A stretch of 64,000 bases of DNA from Octopus sinensis (GCF_006345805.1 NC_043001.1:93744001-93808000), one strand, 5' to 3'. Positions 27,342-40,744 are shown, counted from the first letter of the stretch. A program made the numbers and translations. Notes: generated by a model from the sequence alone, not told the origin.

Positions 27342-28674
27342 CTAGAAGAGAAATCCTCAAGGCCTCAGGCCCAAGATCACCAGATCACGTGTGACCTAGT
27401 CTTGTAAATAATGGACACCCGACCGTTAGTGATATCAGCGTCATATCCCCGCCAACAGTATATAGAATAACAATGCCAGAACAGGCACTGGTGTTGCGAT
27501 TTATCAGTGAGCTTATCGGATATGATTGTTAGTATTGGATGCGATTGTTTGTATTTTATCCAAATCAAACGCAGCTTACTCGGACGAAATATGTATTTGT
27601 CCACTATGTATTTCTCTGTTAACAGAGGCTTTTTATGACATTATTTGGAAGAAAAAGAGTGGCGTTTTAAAATCCTCAGATTATTTCTACACGAGACATT
27701 TTTGCTTTCAGTCCAAAACTCTCCGGATAAGCACAGCATTAATTTCTGTCTTTCTTAAAGATCTAAAGTTTTCAGATGTCAGTCGCCTGTACTTTAAGGT
27801 TGCTAAAAGATCCCCTAGGAACAGAAATTGTTTTCGGGCAATATAGAACTATTCTCTTTGTGGCGAGCAATTTTCTTTTTCATTTTGCGAATAGTTGACT
27901 ACTTCATGACGAATATGAACATAATTGTTAATGCTTACATGAACATTCTTACTGCATATCAATAAAAACAAGCTTGACAAAACTGTTTAAGTTGCTGTTA
28001 GTGTTGTATAACGAGAGCTTTCTACTTCAACTGTAAAAGAATATTCTGATACATTCAACACAAACAAAAACATGAGAAGTATTCTCCTTGATATTTTGTT
28101 ATAAAGAACACTTCAAAAATATCCTTATCACTAATTTTCTACGCGAAAAATTTGAAAAATTTCTACCTTACGCTAGACGTTTGCTTTTATTGATAAAAAA
28201 TTAAAATTTTGAAGATTTTAAAGTTTTACTTTCTTCAAAGAACACAATATGCAACTATATAAAATGTGATAATATTTCCAAAGTGACGCTATTCAGAATG
28301 CGAAGATCGTTTGTTGCACTGCATATACCTAAAATTGAACACGTACAATAGACGAACCACTAAAAAAGGAACAAAGTAATGTTTAGGATTTTATTTTACT
28401 CAGTAGTTTAGATATATAAAGAAATATTAACACACACATATATACAAGCACGCGCACGCGACCACACACACACACTGATACAATTGTATATATACACATA
28501 AACACGTACATATACATAAACACTCAAGTGTGTGTATATATATATACACACACACATAATGCATATATGTATCCGTATGTATATAAATATATATGCGTGT
28601 ATATTAGAATTGCTGGGGGTGGGGAGAAAACACAGACACTCAAACATACACACGCACAACACCCATATATATAT

Positions 28675-28965
28675 TTCCGTCTACCTAATCCATTCACAAG
28701 GCTTTAATCGGCCGAGGCTATAGTAGTAGAAGACACCTGCCCAAGGTGCCATGCAATGGGACTCAACCTGGAACAATGTGGCTGGTAAGCAAGCTACTTT
28801 ATTTCAAAATTTTGCCATAGAGGCCCAAGATATAAGGAGTAGCTTGCGGGTTGGACAAAAACATCGATAAGGTGAGTGATCAAAAGGATGATATTGATGG
28901 GAGAACACAAAAGACGCCCTCCGAACTGCTGCTTCTCAAGCTTACCATACAGCCACTCCTGCACC
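28675..28965 (-). mobile_element. SINE family B 5' half, interrupted by a ~140 bp insert (28799-28939)
   Basis: The head is split between aagctact and aagcttaccatacagccactcctgcacct. Confidence 0.75.
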
Positions 28966-29409
28966 TGTACTAGTTGATGAACTGTTGACTCGCTTGTATA
29001 TGTTTTAAAACTGATGATTTAAGATTTGAGTAAAGTATTACATATTCTTATGAATGCTGTTTATACGACAGTGTTTACATCATATTAAAGATTCTTAATG
29101 AAGCAATTATTGCAGTTCCATTATAACAGTAATGAAACAATTATAGCTACTTTGATTAAGCTTTATTTAGTTTTTATGCCACATTTAAGGTTCCATTTAT
29201 CTCTGGATACTATTGCCGTTTCTGATTATCAATTAATAATGAGCTTCCCTCCATCAATGCTTTCCGAGCTATGACAAAAGATCACTTCAGTGTCAGAGGT
29301 GTGCCTTTCTATCTAGCCATATACTAAGGCTGGCTTCCTCCACTTTGGTATGATTGACTCCTAAATGGAACCCCTTCATACATACATACATAATACCTAC
29401 ATATATACT

Positions 29410-29567
29410 TTATTTTCTCTCCTTGTTTCTTTCTCTGTTCCTTTCTGTGGAAGAGCGTAGACTCGAAACGTTAAAGAATTTTTCACTTCCCGGGCGTCAT
29501 ACTAATACATCTGTTGTCTACGCTACCTGTCTTCGTCTTCTATATATTTTTGTGAATTCCGCCCCTG
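29410..29567 (+). mobile_element. Short Penelope-terminus-like element with a variant hammerhead (CTGTGGA 29445-29451), ending in (TA)n
   Basis: cttt CTGTGGA a gagc gtag actc GAAAC GTT aaag. Confidence 0.65.
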
Positions 29568-30018
29568 TATATATATATATATATATATATAAAACAAATT
29601 CGAACACATATACCGCGTTTTAGGCGTAAGGGAATATATTCTCAATGCACCTGGTGTTCAAAATACCCGAAAGAAAGTCAAAAGCAAACGAGGCAACTCA
29701 CATCAGGTCCCATTCCGTTAGGGATATCGATGTTTCGCCATTGCTGCAAACTATATCGCCGAATATATCTCTAAGCCTAATGTTTTAAAAACCATCTGCT
29801 GGCATGTCCCAACGTTTCTTGCCACGGAAAAATATTCAAATACATATTACAAGCAGCTTGAGATATATAAAACACTGCTGACCCACGAACTAACAACGCA
29901 CATACCTTGTGTAAGTATGTTCGAGTTGCATTTATTTCATATTGAATATTTATTCATTTAGATTTATTCACTTATATTCATCAGAAGGATAGGTGGCATA
30001 CTTTCAAAGTTTAGTCTG

Positions 30019-30055
<37 letters not shown>

Positions 30056-30446
30056 CAATACATCTAATTAAATCAACATAGTTTGCATACATATGTAGAT
30101 TTCAATTAGTTTTCGGTTTAATTAATGCAATCATTTTCTGGTAATTACTTCAATCATCTATATGTAAAATGGTGCCCAAATATTTACTTTTGTATTTTAA
30201 TTATGTATATATTTCTAACGTCAATGCATGAATAAATAAATAATGAATTAAAGAGAGATATAATAATATAAACACGCGTGCGCGTGGTGTTACATGAGTT
30301 GCATAAACTCACGTGAACGGTGGATAATAACAGAGAATTTGGTGTATTTTGTACTTAGGCTATGTAAATGAAACGTGTATATATATGTGTGTGTGTTTTG
30401 TGCGATTTTCTATAAAAAGAAGAATTTTGTTGATATTGTTATTATT

Positions 30447-30570
30447 GGCGGCGAGCTGGCAGAATCTTTAACTTTACATTTCATCAATTTGTCATCGATA
30501 AAATAAGTATCATTTGAAGACTGGGGTTGGTGCTGTTGACTACGTCACTCCCTTCAAATTTCTTGTTTTC
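30447..30570 (+). mobile_element. Internally deleted SINE family A
   Basis: ggcggcgagctggcagaatc joined directly to ..tcgataaaataagta..gactggggt. Confidence 0.65.
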
Positions 30571-32316
30571 TGCTAAAAATTTAAACCAGTATTATATTTG
30601 ACCTTCGTAGTGGAAGACGTCGTTGTTGTCCTGTCGTAGAGACACCGTTTATTCTATCATTATAAATCTTAAATTTCTTAATTTCTAAAAGTAACTATAA
30701 TTACCTAGAGATAAGCTGCCCTCGTTATTTAGGATAGACAAAATACTTATGTATCAAACTTTTAATATTGTGATTGCACACGTTGATATTCACGTTCATG
30801 GTAACCATCAAATATATACACGTTGCACGACTTTTAGCAGAATAATAGTAAAAACTACCCACAAAATAAAATGCATAATTGGATGTACAAAGAATAGAAA
30901 AAAATGAATTTTGTGAACAATCAACAAATAGGATTATCCCTACGCTCGACATTTAAATAGCGATAGTAGTATCAACGACTTCTGTTGCGTTTATCATCAT
31001 GGCTGTCTTCAGAGAAATAAGCACTGTACCCCGTTCATATAATAGGTGTGTCAAAGCGAAACTCCACACAAGTTACGAACAGAAATTTTAGAGTGATGAG
31101 AAGACTGGCTATAAAAATGACGATAAGGGACATTGCAAACGATGTAGATACATCACTAGCCATTATTTTCTCATTGAAATATGGCTAAGAAATGAAAGCA
31201 GGGTGAGAAATGTGACGGTTGATCATGGGGCGACAAAAGGGATTTGCAAGTTATAGTGACCTCAGAGGTCACGGAGTTTTACCGAAATTATGGCTAGTAA
31301 AAACACTGTGAGAAAAATTATTACAAATTATTTACAAGGCCGAAATCCTAGTTTCTATATTTGTCCTAGTAACATTCACCTCGTTGCCAGATACTGAGAA
31401 CTGCGATGATGAGGATGAACAATAGAAAAAGAAAGCGAAACGACTGATCTTTTGGAAAATTTCTAAACAGGTCTCCAGTTGAGGTTAATTTGCAGTCCTA
31501 CCCGTACCAGTCACAGAGTTACGGAGTCTCTAACAACAACTCCACTTTGGTGTATCACTTCTCTCTTTCATCAAACAACAAAAGAATAAGTATATATATA
31601 TGTATATATCCTGCACGTGTACAATATCTTCCTTGTTGTATATTTGTCTGCATCGCTAAGATTTTCATATTTCCTATTAAGGTTTTATACGCACTTGCTT
31701 TATGCTGCTCCTGGTTGTGATACGATGCAAAGCAAGGTCAAAGTTTTCACTATTCTTTCCCGCTTTACACTTTTTCTCTGTAATATCTACGAGGAGGTTT
31801 TCAGGCCATCATCATGGCATGACATTTTTAATCGCACTCTGAGCTTAGTTATTTTAGTTCTTTTTTTTTTGTTTTTGTCGCATCACAATCTGTATTTCTC
31901 TGTTTATGTTAGAAAATATTTTTTTGTTGTTGCTGTTGATTTTATGCATTCATTTAAGTTTGGACTTCAAATTTGTTATTCAGTCTAAAGTCAACTTCGG
32001 CTTTCATTTCTTTGTTCGAGGTCGAAATTAGCTGTCAAGAATCTATGGATTTTATTGACTATGTTTTTTTACAGACTTAAGCCTACAAATACCAATGTAT
32101 GAAATCATCAATATATTTATGGAGATGATCGATTAACAGACAGTGTAAAGTGCCTTCATGATATCCTCAATATTTGGTTTTATTCTTTATCTTTCTGCAT
32201 TCAAAATCTGTGATCGTTGGTTTTGCTTTCCATTTCCATCGAAGCTGTAATAGGTATCTCTTCAAATGTAAACCCTTTTGTTAAGGTCCGTAAATACTAC
32301 GGGTGTTGCTGTTGTG

Positions 32317-32349
<33 letters not shown>

Positions 32350-32350
<1 letters not shown>

Positions 32351-32558
32351 GCGAGCTGTCAGTATCGATAGCACGCCGAGAATAATGCTTAGCGACATTT
32401 CGTCCCACCTGACATTTTGAGTTCAAATTCAGCCGAGGTCGAATTTGCTTTTCATCCTTTCAAGGTCGATAAAATAAGTAGCAATTGAACACAGGGCCGA
32501 TGAAATTAGCACATCACCTCCCCAAAAACCACTACCCTTGTGGCAAAGTTTGAAACCA
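32350..32558 (+). mobile_element. SINE family A after (TTA)n
   Basis: gcgagctgtcag..agcacgccg..gagttcaaattcagccgaggtcg. Confidence 0.85.
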
Positions 32559-33153
32559 TTATCATTATTATCACCATCATTATTATTATTATGATCAGGA
32601 TGGATGATAACCACTATACAAATGCAGATGAACTGGCTTCAACCTCACCAGACTCAATGCTATTATTCGATGTTCCATGTTCGATATGATGATTACTAGC
32701 CTTATATCGGGAATCGTTTAAATCGTTTAAACTTTAACCATCGTTGTAAATTTATGGTAGCGTGCATAGTTTTACAATATCTTATAAATAATACTGTTTT
32801 GATAAATGACTGGTGTTAGTAGTACACAAGACACATTGGCTTAAAGAATATATTTACATGACAAGTTGACCTTTTTTTCTCTTCAATTTCAGTCAATAAA
32901 TAAATAATATCCATATTCAAGCAAACCTTTGAAGTATTTTACCAGAAATGTCTGACCTTCTGACGAAGTATGCAATTATGTATTTTTGAAGAGTTGAGCC
33001 ACAGCAAAGTTCCGTTTTAGACTCATTATTCCGATAACCTTACAAGTATCTTCAGTGCGAGTCAGCCTTCAAAAGCTCTACAATGGTCAATTGGCTTGCT
33101 AGATATTGTAGTGAAATCATTTTAGATTTAAATTTTATCATATAAAAGGCGGT

Positions 33154-33457
33154 GGAGGCACATGTCCTAGTGGTTAGAGCAAGCGGATTCGCGGTCGAGG
33201 GATCGGAAGTTCGAATCTCGGACCTGGCGATGTGTGTGTTTATGAGCGAAACACCTAAGCTCCACGCGACTGCGGCAGAAGGTAATAGCGAACTTCTGCA
33301 GACTCTTTCGCCGCAACTTTCTCTCACTCTTTCTTCCTGCATCTTGCAACTCACCTGCGACGGACTGGCGTCCCGTCCAGGTGGGGAACCTCTACGCCAA
33401 GGAAACCGGGAAACCGGCCCTTATGGGCCAGGCATGGCTTGAGAAGGAACAAACAAC
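33154..33457 (+). mobile_element. Full-length tRNA-derived SINE family C with a V-domain-like segment
   Basis: A-box tcctagtggttagagc, B-box gttcgaatc; tgcgacggactggcgtcccgtccagg (33356-33381) resembles the V-SINE central domain. Confidence 0.75.
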
Positions 33458-34749
33458 ATATATAAAGGCAGCCGCAATGTATGTATAATATCAATAGTAC
33501 ACATTGCCTAAAATAGTACGTAATGTTTATAAGCTGAAGGACTATTTTTCATAGTCTACACTATTAGGAGTGGTCTGGGAGTAAAGTATAAGTAGATCAG
33601 TAATATATTTTGATACTTTACTATAGGTCCTTATTTATATGAGACTAAGTGACGTTTCTCGACGAGACATTTTCCTGATATCATATGGATAGTGTGTTGG
33701 CAAAAATCTACACAATGGAACACATTTTCAGTCAAAGAAGTATCTGTTTTCCACTTAACAACTTTGACAACAAGCAAACACTCGAGTAGGAGCTTCAGAA
33801 GAAGAGCAATATTTAACAGAAAATGAATAAAATGGAAAGAGAAGAAACACAGGACAGGCGAAGAGAGAAAATTAAATAATTTCTATATAATGAAACTCTA
33901 AGCACTTGAAGAAATATTTAACTAGCAAAGAAAAGCGATACTGACAAGTAAGAAATATAAAATGAAATAAAATTAAAGACATGTATTGAGATTTCCGCAT
34001 TAGCACAAACCGAAATTGAACCGAACGAAACACAAGGCTGTTTCCTACTTTTTATGCTGTTAGAACTGGAGTATTTGAAAGCGATTCTTTGATAATTAGA
34101 TTGCATCAACTACAAAGGACATAATATAAAGACACCGGTTATTTAATGAGACGTTGCTCGCCTCGAAGGCGCCGTATAATAGCAGTTATTGTAGTTAAAT
34201 AAACCGAATAAATGCTCTTCAAATTGATATTATTAATGTTTCTGTGGTGATATAGCATGTTGCAAGAGATAAATTCACGAAACGGTTTCGATTCACATTT
34301 AAACAAAAAAGTTGCAAATATGATCATAATTTAATTTTCAGCCACATTAACACAAGCAACAATACCTCTTAAATAAACCATTGCAATAAGCTCATCTATG
34401 CTTACACATGACGCGTAAAAATAAATGGAATCAATGTCGGTTTGAACACTGTGTGTTCCAATCGGTGATCAAATTAGATGTATATTTATAAAATTATAGT
34501 GTAAAGGGATGAATACTCCGCAGAGACTTGAATCACACGATGCTCTTTCAGTAATTTCTTTTTCCATCTACCCAAATTCACTCACGAAGCTTGCGTTGAC
34601 AGAATGAGTTACTGTCATGGGCATATTACTCATCTTCTCGTCTCCAACACCAGAGAAAATATCATTATACGTGCTAATGAATGGATGTGTTTGTAATCAA
34701 TCAGAATTAATTTGTGTTAATCTACACAACAGCAACAACAAAAATAATA

Positions 34750-35050
34750 TTGTTCAATATTTTAGAGATGAGGAATTATGTACAACATTTACATTGGACG
34801 GTAGGTGTCCTCAGCTTGTTTGTTACCACAGCATTTTGGCTGATTTGCTCTCCAGCCTTCATCAGGTATCCTGGTGGAATTTCGAACCCAAACCTCGTTT
34901 GCCTACTGTTCTCATTCTTAAGGTAGTTTTTACTGATGTTATTCCTAAGGTAGTTTTACTGATGTTATTAGTATTTATTGAAGTCACTGACGAGGATTGA
35001 ACCCGGAATCCTGGGGTTAGCAGCCCGCGCTTTTAACCACTATGTTATAC
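34750..35050 (-). mobile_element. tRNA-headed SINE (family D) carrying a degenerate hammerhead motif
   Basis: Head tagtggttaaaagcgcgggctgctaaccccaggattccgggttcaatcc, then CTGATGA a ggctg gagagcaaat cagcc AAAA tgct gtgg (34865-34826). Confidence 0.7.
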
Positions 35051-35189
35051 GGTCAATGGCAATTATAGAGTGAACGAAAAAAATTATCATTTCAACTTTT
35101 GATAAAAGGCCAGCAATTTCGTAGTTGCCCCACCTTACACCTCATCACACTCGTTTTTACACCTTCTAGGCATCGGTCGTCCATACACA

Positions 35190-35331
35190 CTCGAACCAAA
35201 TGCACTCACAAGGCTTTGGTCGACCCAAGGCTATAGTAGAAGAACCTCCCCAAGGTGCCACGCAGTGGGAATGAAGCCGGAACCATGTGGTTGGTAAGCA
35301 ATCTACTTACCACATAACCATTCCTGCGCTT
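35190..35331 (-). mobile_element. SINE family B 5' half
   Basis: Matches the head and body of the copy at 40025. Confidence 0.85.
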
Positions 35332-35750
35332 ATATTGTATGCATACATTTGAAAACCTAGTATCTGCGATGCAATATTTTATAGGAAACAATACAAGAAC
35401 AAAATACTTCACACTCGAAAGCAGTTAATATTAATATGGTTTATTATAACTAAATAGCGAGATACTCTAGCACGTATCTTATAGAGAATCTCAAAAACGA
35501 ATGAACATCATATTAATCAATGTAATTAGATCGACCGTGGTTATTTAAAGATTTCGTGCTTATAATGAATGCAGCTTGCACGCTTAACCTTTTGTAAGAG
35601 AAAATGTCACAAATGTAAATGACAACACTCTGTTCAGAAATAGTAGGCAAAAGGTGAAATAACCAGAAACAATGTAACATTCATATGTTGCAAATGGTTA
35701 ATATATGTGGGTGTTGAATGTATATAATGGATTGTTACATTGAATAACAG

Positions 35751-35825
35751 GTGGGGATTCAGTAAGGAAGGAGAACTGTGACATTTACGTGAGACATAGT
35801 CCAGTGGGAATGAAATCTGATCGAA
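35751..35825 (+). CDS. Speculative 75-nt exon (xGDSVRKENCDIYVRHSPVGMKSDRx)
   Basis: aacag acceptor with a weak pyrimidine tract, GTGAGT donor, one open frame. Confidence 0.2.
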
Positions 35826-36773
35826 GTGAGTGCTTACTGCAATACATTCATTTAATGGTTGAAGTGTCTTTCCGTTAGCCTCACCAAAAGAGCATTAGGA
35901 TAGCCTGATATTTCCATTACATGTTATATTCAGTTATTGTGTGATAGTGATGGTGAATGTCGGACTAGATTATATCTATCTATAGAGCACGTCAACTGCG
36001 ATACGGCTTATATATATTTTATGTCACATTCACTGAACGATAGAGTCATTGATTACACATTTAACAAAGGATCAATAAAAGAGTTTAATGTATTTTCTGT
36101 TGCGAGAATTGCAAGCGAAAGTCTCTGAAACATGAGTGGGGCAAATACATCGAAATATATTTGTGCAGCGTTGCCTCGCCGAGGATTATATACACACGTA
36201 TTCACAAACGCCTTCACACACATGTATATACACATAAACTCTCACACTGCATACTTCCGCAGTTCTACTCTAAAAGTGTTGGTCAACTTGCGGTCATTGT
36301 TCTATAGCTGAAACCACATGCTTAAAGTGTTTTGCAAGGTATTTGGACCCAGAATTCTACGGCTCAGATTCCAAATTTGTTAACCATTCATGTTTCCTTT
36401 CCAATTGCAAGCGTTTAACATTATAAAGAGAAACATTGAGAATGAAGACATTCTATTCTATAGTAAAAATGTTTGTAGATACACATTCAATTGCCGTAGA
36501 TATTTTAAAATATGTATGTCTCATAGCGTTAGGACGTCTGTAGTTAGGATCGGCCCTTATAATATTAAAAGATCTAACTTTGCCAACTAACTGAAATGTC
36601 ATATAATAGTTACGAATGCACTATGAACTATAATAGCTTCGAAACACTTGTTCAACTTTATAGTTTTCAGTTAATGTTATATAAAGACAAATTATACGCA
36701 GAGCCGTGAAAAAAGTTCAGGTATATATATATATATATATATGCATGTATGTATATATGAATTAGGTACTTAC

Positions 36774-36846
36774 CATATCATGCGTATTTTAGAAATAGGA
36801 CGAAACAGTGAAGACACTTACCTGAAAAAGAATAAAAGAAAAAAAT
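36774..36846 (-). other. Candidate recursive splice site (ratchet point) with a 48-nt cryptic RS-exon (36821-36774)
   Basis: Minus strand reads tttttttcttttattctttttCAG|GTAAGT...gatatg|GTAAGT. The exon has stop codons in all three frames. Confidence 0.6.
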
Positions 36847-37589
36847 AATGAATAAATTTTAAGAACAAAACATTTCGAAATATTAAAGCATAAATGAACT
36901 AAAAAAGAATAAAATATAAAATTTACTAAACACCATTGGTATAAATGGTTAAATAATTTTATCGACTGCTATTGCATACTTTTAATAAGTTAAACGATAA
37001 ATTAAGGGGGCGGTCGAAGCTGAATACTGAAGCTTTTACCAACATCTTTCTTCTTTGTTTGTCACATGTGACAGTAACTGTATTCTTATAGATGAAATTA
37101 CTGTTGAAAAGAATAACAGCTTATCAAAATGATGAAAACAATAATATTAGGGCTGATAAAAATCAATCATAGAAAGACCAACATCGATGACGGCGATCCG
37201 ATTAGTAGAAAAATTATATGAATGTAATGTGACAATTATGATGATGATGATGGCGGTGGTGGTGGTGGTGATGATGATGATAATGATTATGATGATGCCG
37301 ACCACGACGATGGCGATTATAGTTTTGGCTAATTTTTGCTTAAGGACAGTGATTTGACAGGAATGGGGAAAGACGATTGCAATGAACCCATTATTGGATT
37401 GCTACTTTGTTTTATCGACCCCTAAAAGGAAGGAAATAAATGTTCATCTTGGCGGTATTTTGTACTCGGGTTGTAAAAAGCCGGCAGAAATGCACTAAAC
37501 ATTTTGTTCGACGCGCTGTCGATTCTGACAAGTCGTTGCCAAACCAAAAACAGCATTGGTTTCAAATTTTTGCAGAGGGCCAGCATGTT

Positions 37590-37768
37590 CAGGAGAGAGG
37601 AGCGGGGCCTAGTCCGATACATTGACCCTACAACTCAACTGGTGCTTATTTTATCAACCTCGAAATGCAAAGTCGACCTCAGTTTAATTTGAACTTAGAA
37701 CATAAAGACGACTGTAATGCTGTTAAACATGCTCCCAGTGTGTTAACGATCCTACCAGTTCGCCAAAT
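37590..37768 (-). mobile_element. Diverged SINE family A
   Basis: aaagtcgacctc..aatttgaactt..ttaacgat..ccagttcgcc. Confidence 0.7.
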
Positions 37769-38094
37769 AATAAAAATAGAAATAATGACGTTCGATATAC
37801 GTTCGATACGATCCAGAACTGTTTGATTTAAAAAAAAAAGGAAAATAATCGTTACTTCTAGTGCTGTGTTTCTTCTCCATGACTCAAATAGTTCTAATAT
37901 ATTTACGTACATAACATTATCACGCAGAATTATTCAACTTAGCTTCAATATAAATGAAGTGTGCAACAGCAAGACTATCACCATTATTACTCAGCATCAT
38001 ATTTTAGATAAAATAAAAAGAACTTGTATCATACTCTACAGAGAAACGATAGCCAAAATGCATTACTCCTCGCTCTATTCTACCTCTGCTACAC

Positions 38095-38190
38095 ACGGTC
38101 TGGCAGCATTTCGCTCGTCATTACGTTCTATGTTCAAATTCAGACGAGGTCGATTTTGCATTTCGGGGGTTGATAAAATAAGCACCTACA
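38095..38190 (+). mobile_element. SINE family A fragment
   Basis: gcatttcg..tacgttctatgttcaaattc..gaggtcg..gataaaataag. Confidence 0.65.
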
Positions 38191-38419
38191 TATATATAAC
38201 ATGCATACATACTTATATACTTTTAACATTACTGTTTTCAGTCCAAGGATGAGGCCATCTTGGGGCATGTGTTTCTATCTCTCAATTTCTTAGAGTATCT
38301 GTCTATTTCTCTCTATCTCTCTCTTTAGCTTTCGCCCTATCTGTGTCTCTCACCAATACAACACACGAGCGCACACATGCATATATATTCATAGAGAGAT
38401 GCATGCATTCTTGTTTCTT

Positions 38420-38826
38420 TACTGCCCACAATGGGCTACATACAGAGGAGACAAACAGTGACAGACAAACGGATTAAGTCGATTACATCGACCCCAGTGC
38501 GTAAGTGGTACTTACTTAATCGACCCCGAAAAAATGAAAGACTAAGTCGACCTCGGCGGAATTTAAACTCAGAACGTAGCGGCCGACAAAATACCTATTT
38601 CTTTACTACCCACAAGGGGATAAACATAGAGTAGACAAACAAGTACAGACAAAGGAATTAAGTCGACTATATTGACCCAAGTGCGTAACTGGTATTTATT
38701 TAATCGACCCCCGGATGATGAAAGGCAAAGTTGACGTCGGCGGAATTTGAACTCAGAACGTAGCGGCAGACGAAACACCGCTCAGCATTTCGCCCGGCGT
38801 GCTAACTATTCTGCCAGTTCGCCGCC
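38420..38826 (-). mobile_element. Two tandem SINE family A copies
   Basis: Repeated gattaagtcga..ccccagtgcg..ggcggaatttgaactcagaacgtagcgg, ending at ctgccagttcgccgcc. Confidence 0.9.
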
Positions 38827-39309
38827 TGTCTTCGGGGTTGCAACAATGTGTACATGTGGTGTATGGAAGTTTTGCTGCCTGTGCTCGCAACATTCACACG
38901 CGTTGTGGGCTAACGACTGCCTGAATGAAACAGCATTCATAAATGTGATTATTCTGGAGGAATATACGCGTGATTCTGCGCCTGTGTAAGTATAGATGGT
39001 AATAAACTGACAGGAAATGGGAGATAGATTGATAGATAGAGTACTGTATGAGAGAAAGAGACAGAAGCTGTCAAAATAGTGTCAGTGGATGTGTAGATAT
39101 GTAGCAAGAAAATGCAGTAAGAGAATGTTTATTGTTTGTTTGAAAGGGAAACAGCAATCAGTTGGTGATTTTCTCAACACAATTACTAAAATACGACATG
39201 AATAAAACAGATAAACAACAATGCAGTGGTGGTGGTGGGGAAGGTAAGAGGAAACCAAGAGAAAATAGAAACACCAATAATGATGTCTCTGAAAATAACC
39301 TAAAGAAAA

Positions 39310-39324
39310 CATCGTTATCATCGC

Positions 39325-39366
<42 letters not shown>

Positions 39367-39720
39367 CATCGTCATTATCATCATCAGCAGCATCACTGCC
39401 ATCAACATCATTAGCAGCATGTGTGTGGGAGGAGGCGGTGGTAATATACGAACGTCGATGACGATGGCGGAGATGATGGTGACGCTGAGGATGATGATGA
39501 TGATGATGACGACGACGGTGATGCGACGAAGAAGACGACGACGAAGAGGACGATGACAACGACGATGATCCTGATGATAAGGATGATGAGGATGGTGGTG
39601 GTCATGTATGCAGGTGATGCTTATTTCACATCAGAATACAACTAATTACATTTCCTTGGTAACGACATGACAAAAAAAAAAGGCGGCAACAACGATGGCG
39701 ATGAAGGTGATGATAACGAA
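39310..39720. repeat. (CAT)n/(GAT)n/(GAC)n compound trinucleotide repeat
   Basis: Direct inspection. Confidence 0.9.
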
Positions 39721-40024
39721 GGAGAGAGAGAGGGGCAGAATTTTATCCTGTGCTAGTGGCAACATGCACCTGAACAACCGACCAACAAAAATAAGAACAA
39801 GAACAGCAACAACAACTACTACAGCCACAGCAATAACAACAAGAATGTCTAAGTTAAAATGTATATCACCCTCAACTAATTGTAGCTTGGGTTATGAATT
39901 CTAAATGGAAAGTTGTTTGTAAGCAGTCAATAGCAGAATGACTGACGAACCTTCGAATGAGTTAATAGATTTAGTATTAGTAAAGCGTTCGTTAGTTATA
40001 TTTTGTGTAATGATGTACAAGAAC

Positions 40025-40435
40025 AGGCGTAGGAGTGGCTGCGTGGTAAGTAGCTTGCTTACCAGCCACATGGTTCCGAGTTCAGTCCCACTGCGTGGCA
40101 CCTTAGGCAAGTGTCTTCTACTATAGCCTCCGGCCGACCAAGGCCTTGTGACTGGATATGGTAGATGGAAACTGAAAGAAGCCCGTCGTATACATGTATA
40201 TATATATATATGTGTGTGTGTGTCTGTATGTTTGTGTGTCTATGCCTGTCCCCCGAACATCGCTTGACAACCGATGCTGTCGTGTTTACATCCCTGCAAC
40301 TTAGCGGTCCGGCAAGAGAGACTGATAGATTTAAGTACTAGTCTTACAAAAAATAAGTCCTGGGGTCGATTTGCACGACTAAAGGCGGTGCTCCAGCATG
40401 GCAACAGTCACATGACTGAAACAAGTAAAAAGAAT
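40025..40435 (+). mobile_element. Full-length SINE family B
   Basis: aggcgtaggagtggctgcgtggtaagtagcttgc..ggttccgagttcagtcc..; tail ggcggtgctccagcatggcaacagtc..gactgaaacaag. Confidence 0.92.
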
Positions 40436-40744
40436 CATAGAGTAAAAGATTACCCAACATACGGTCCGTGCAAAAAAGAGCGATATGCTTGTCATAAATT
40501 TTCCAGGAATTTTTTTCATCCCAGATTACATACGCAAATTCACAGGTAAAATATGTATTTGAAATAAATATATAAATAAATAAATTCATGAATGGATGTT
40601 GTTTTCCCAGCGATAATGCTCTTCTCTGTGCACGAGTCGTTCCGGTTAACACGATTTTTTCCACTTCCTGTAGGGATGTAAGCCTGGTATCATTTTCAAA
40701 TAGGTTTCAGTACCTTTTTTTAAAATCATTTCTAGAGTATTATC

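Noticed and set aside
31378-31560. Hydrophobic minus-strand frame ending at a GAG|GTGAAT donor
   Set aside because: No ATG or convincing acceptor in frame; the evidence is insufficient.
39082-39605. Poly-S/H/D/M ORFs
   Set aside because: They come from compound trinucleotide repeats, with no domain or splice support.
40025-40100. tRNA genes at SINE heads
   Set aside because: They have A/B boxes only, cannot form a full cloverleaf, and continue into SINE bodies.
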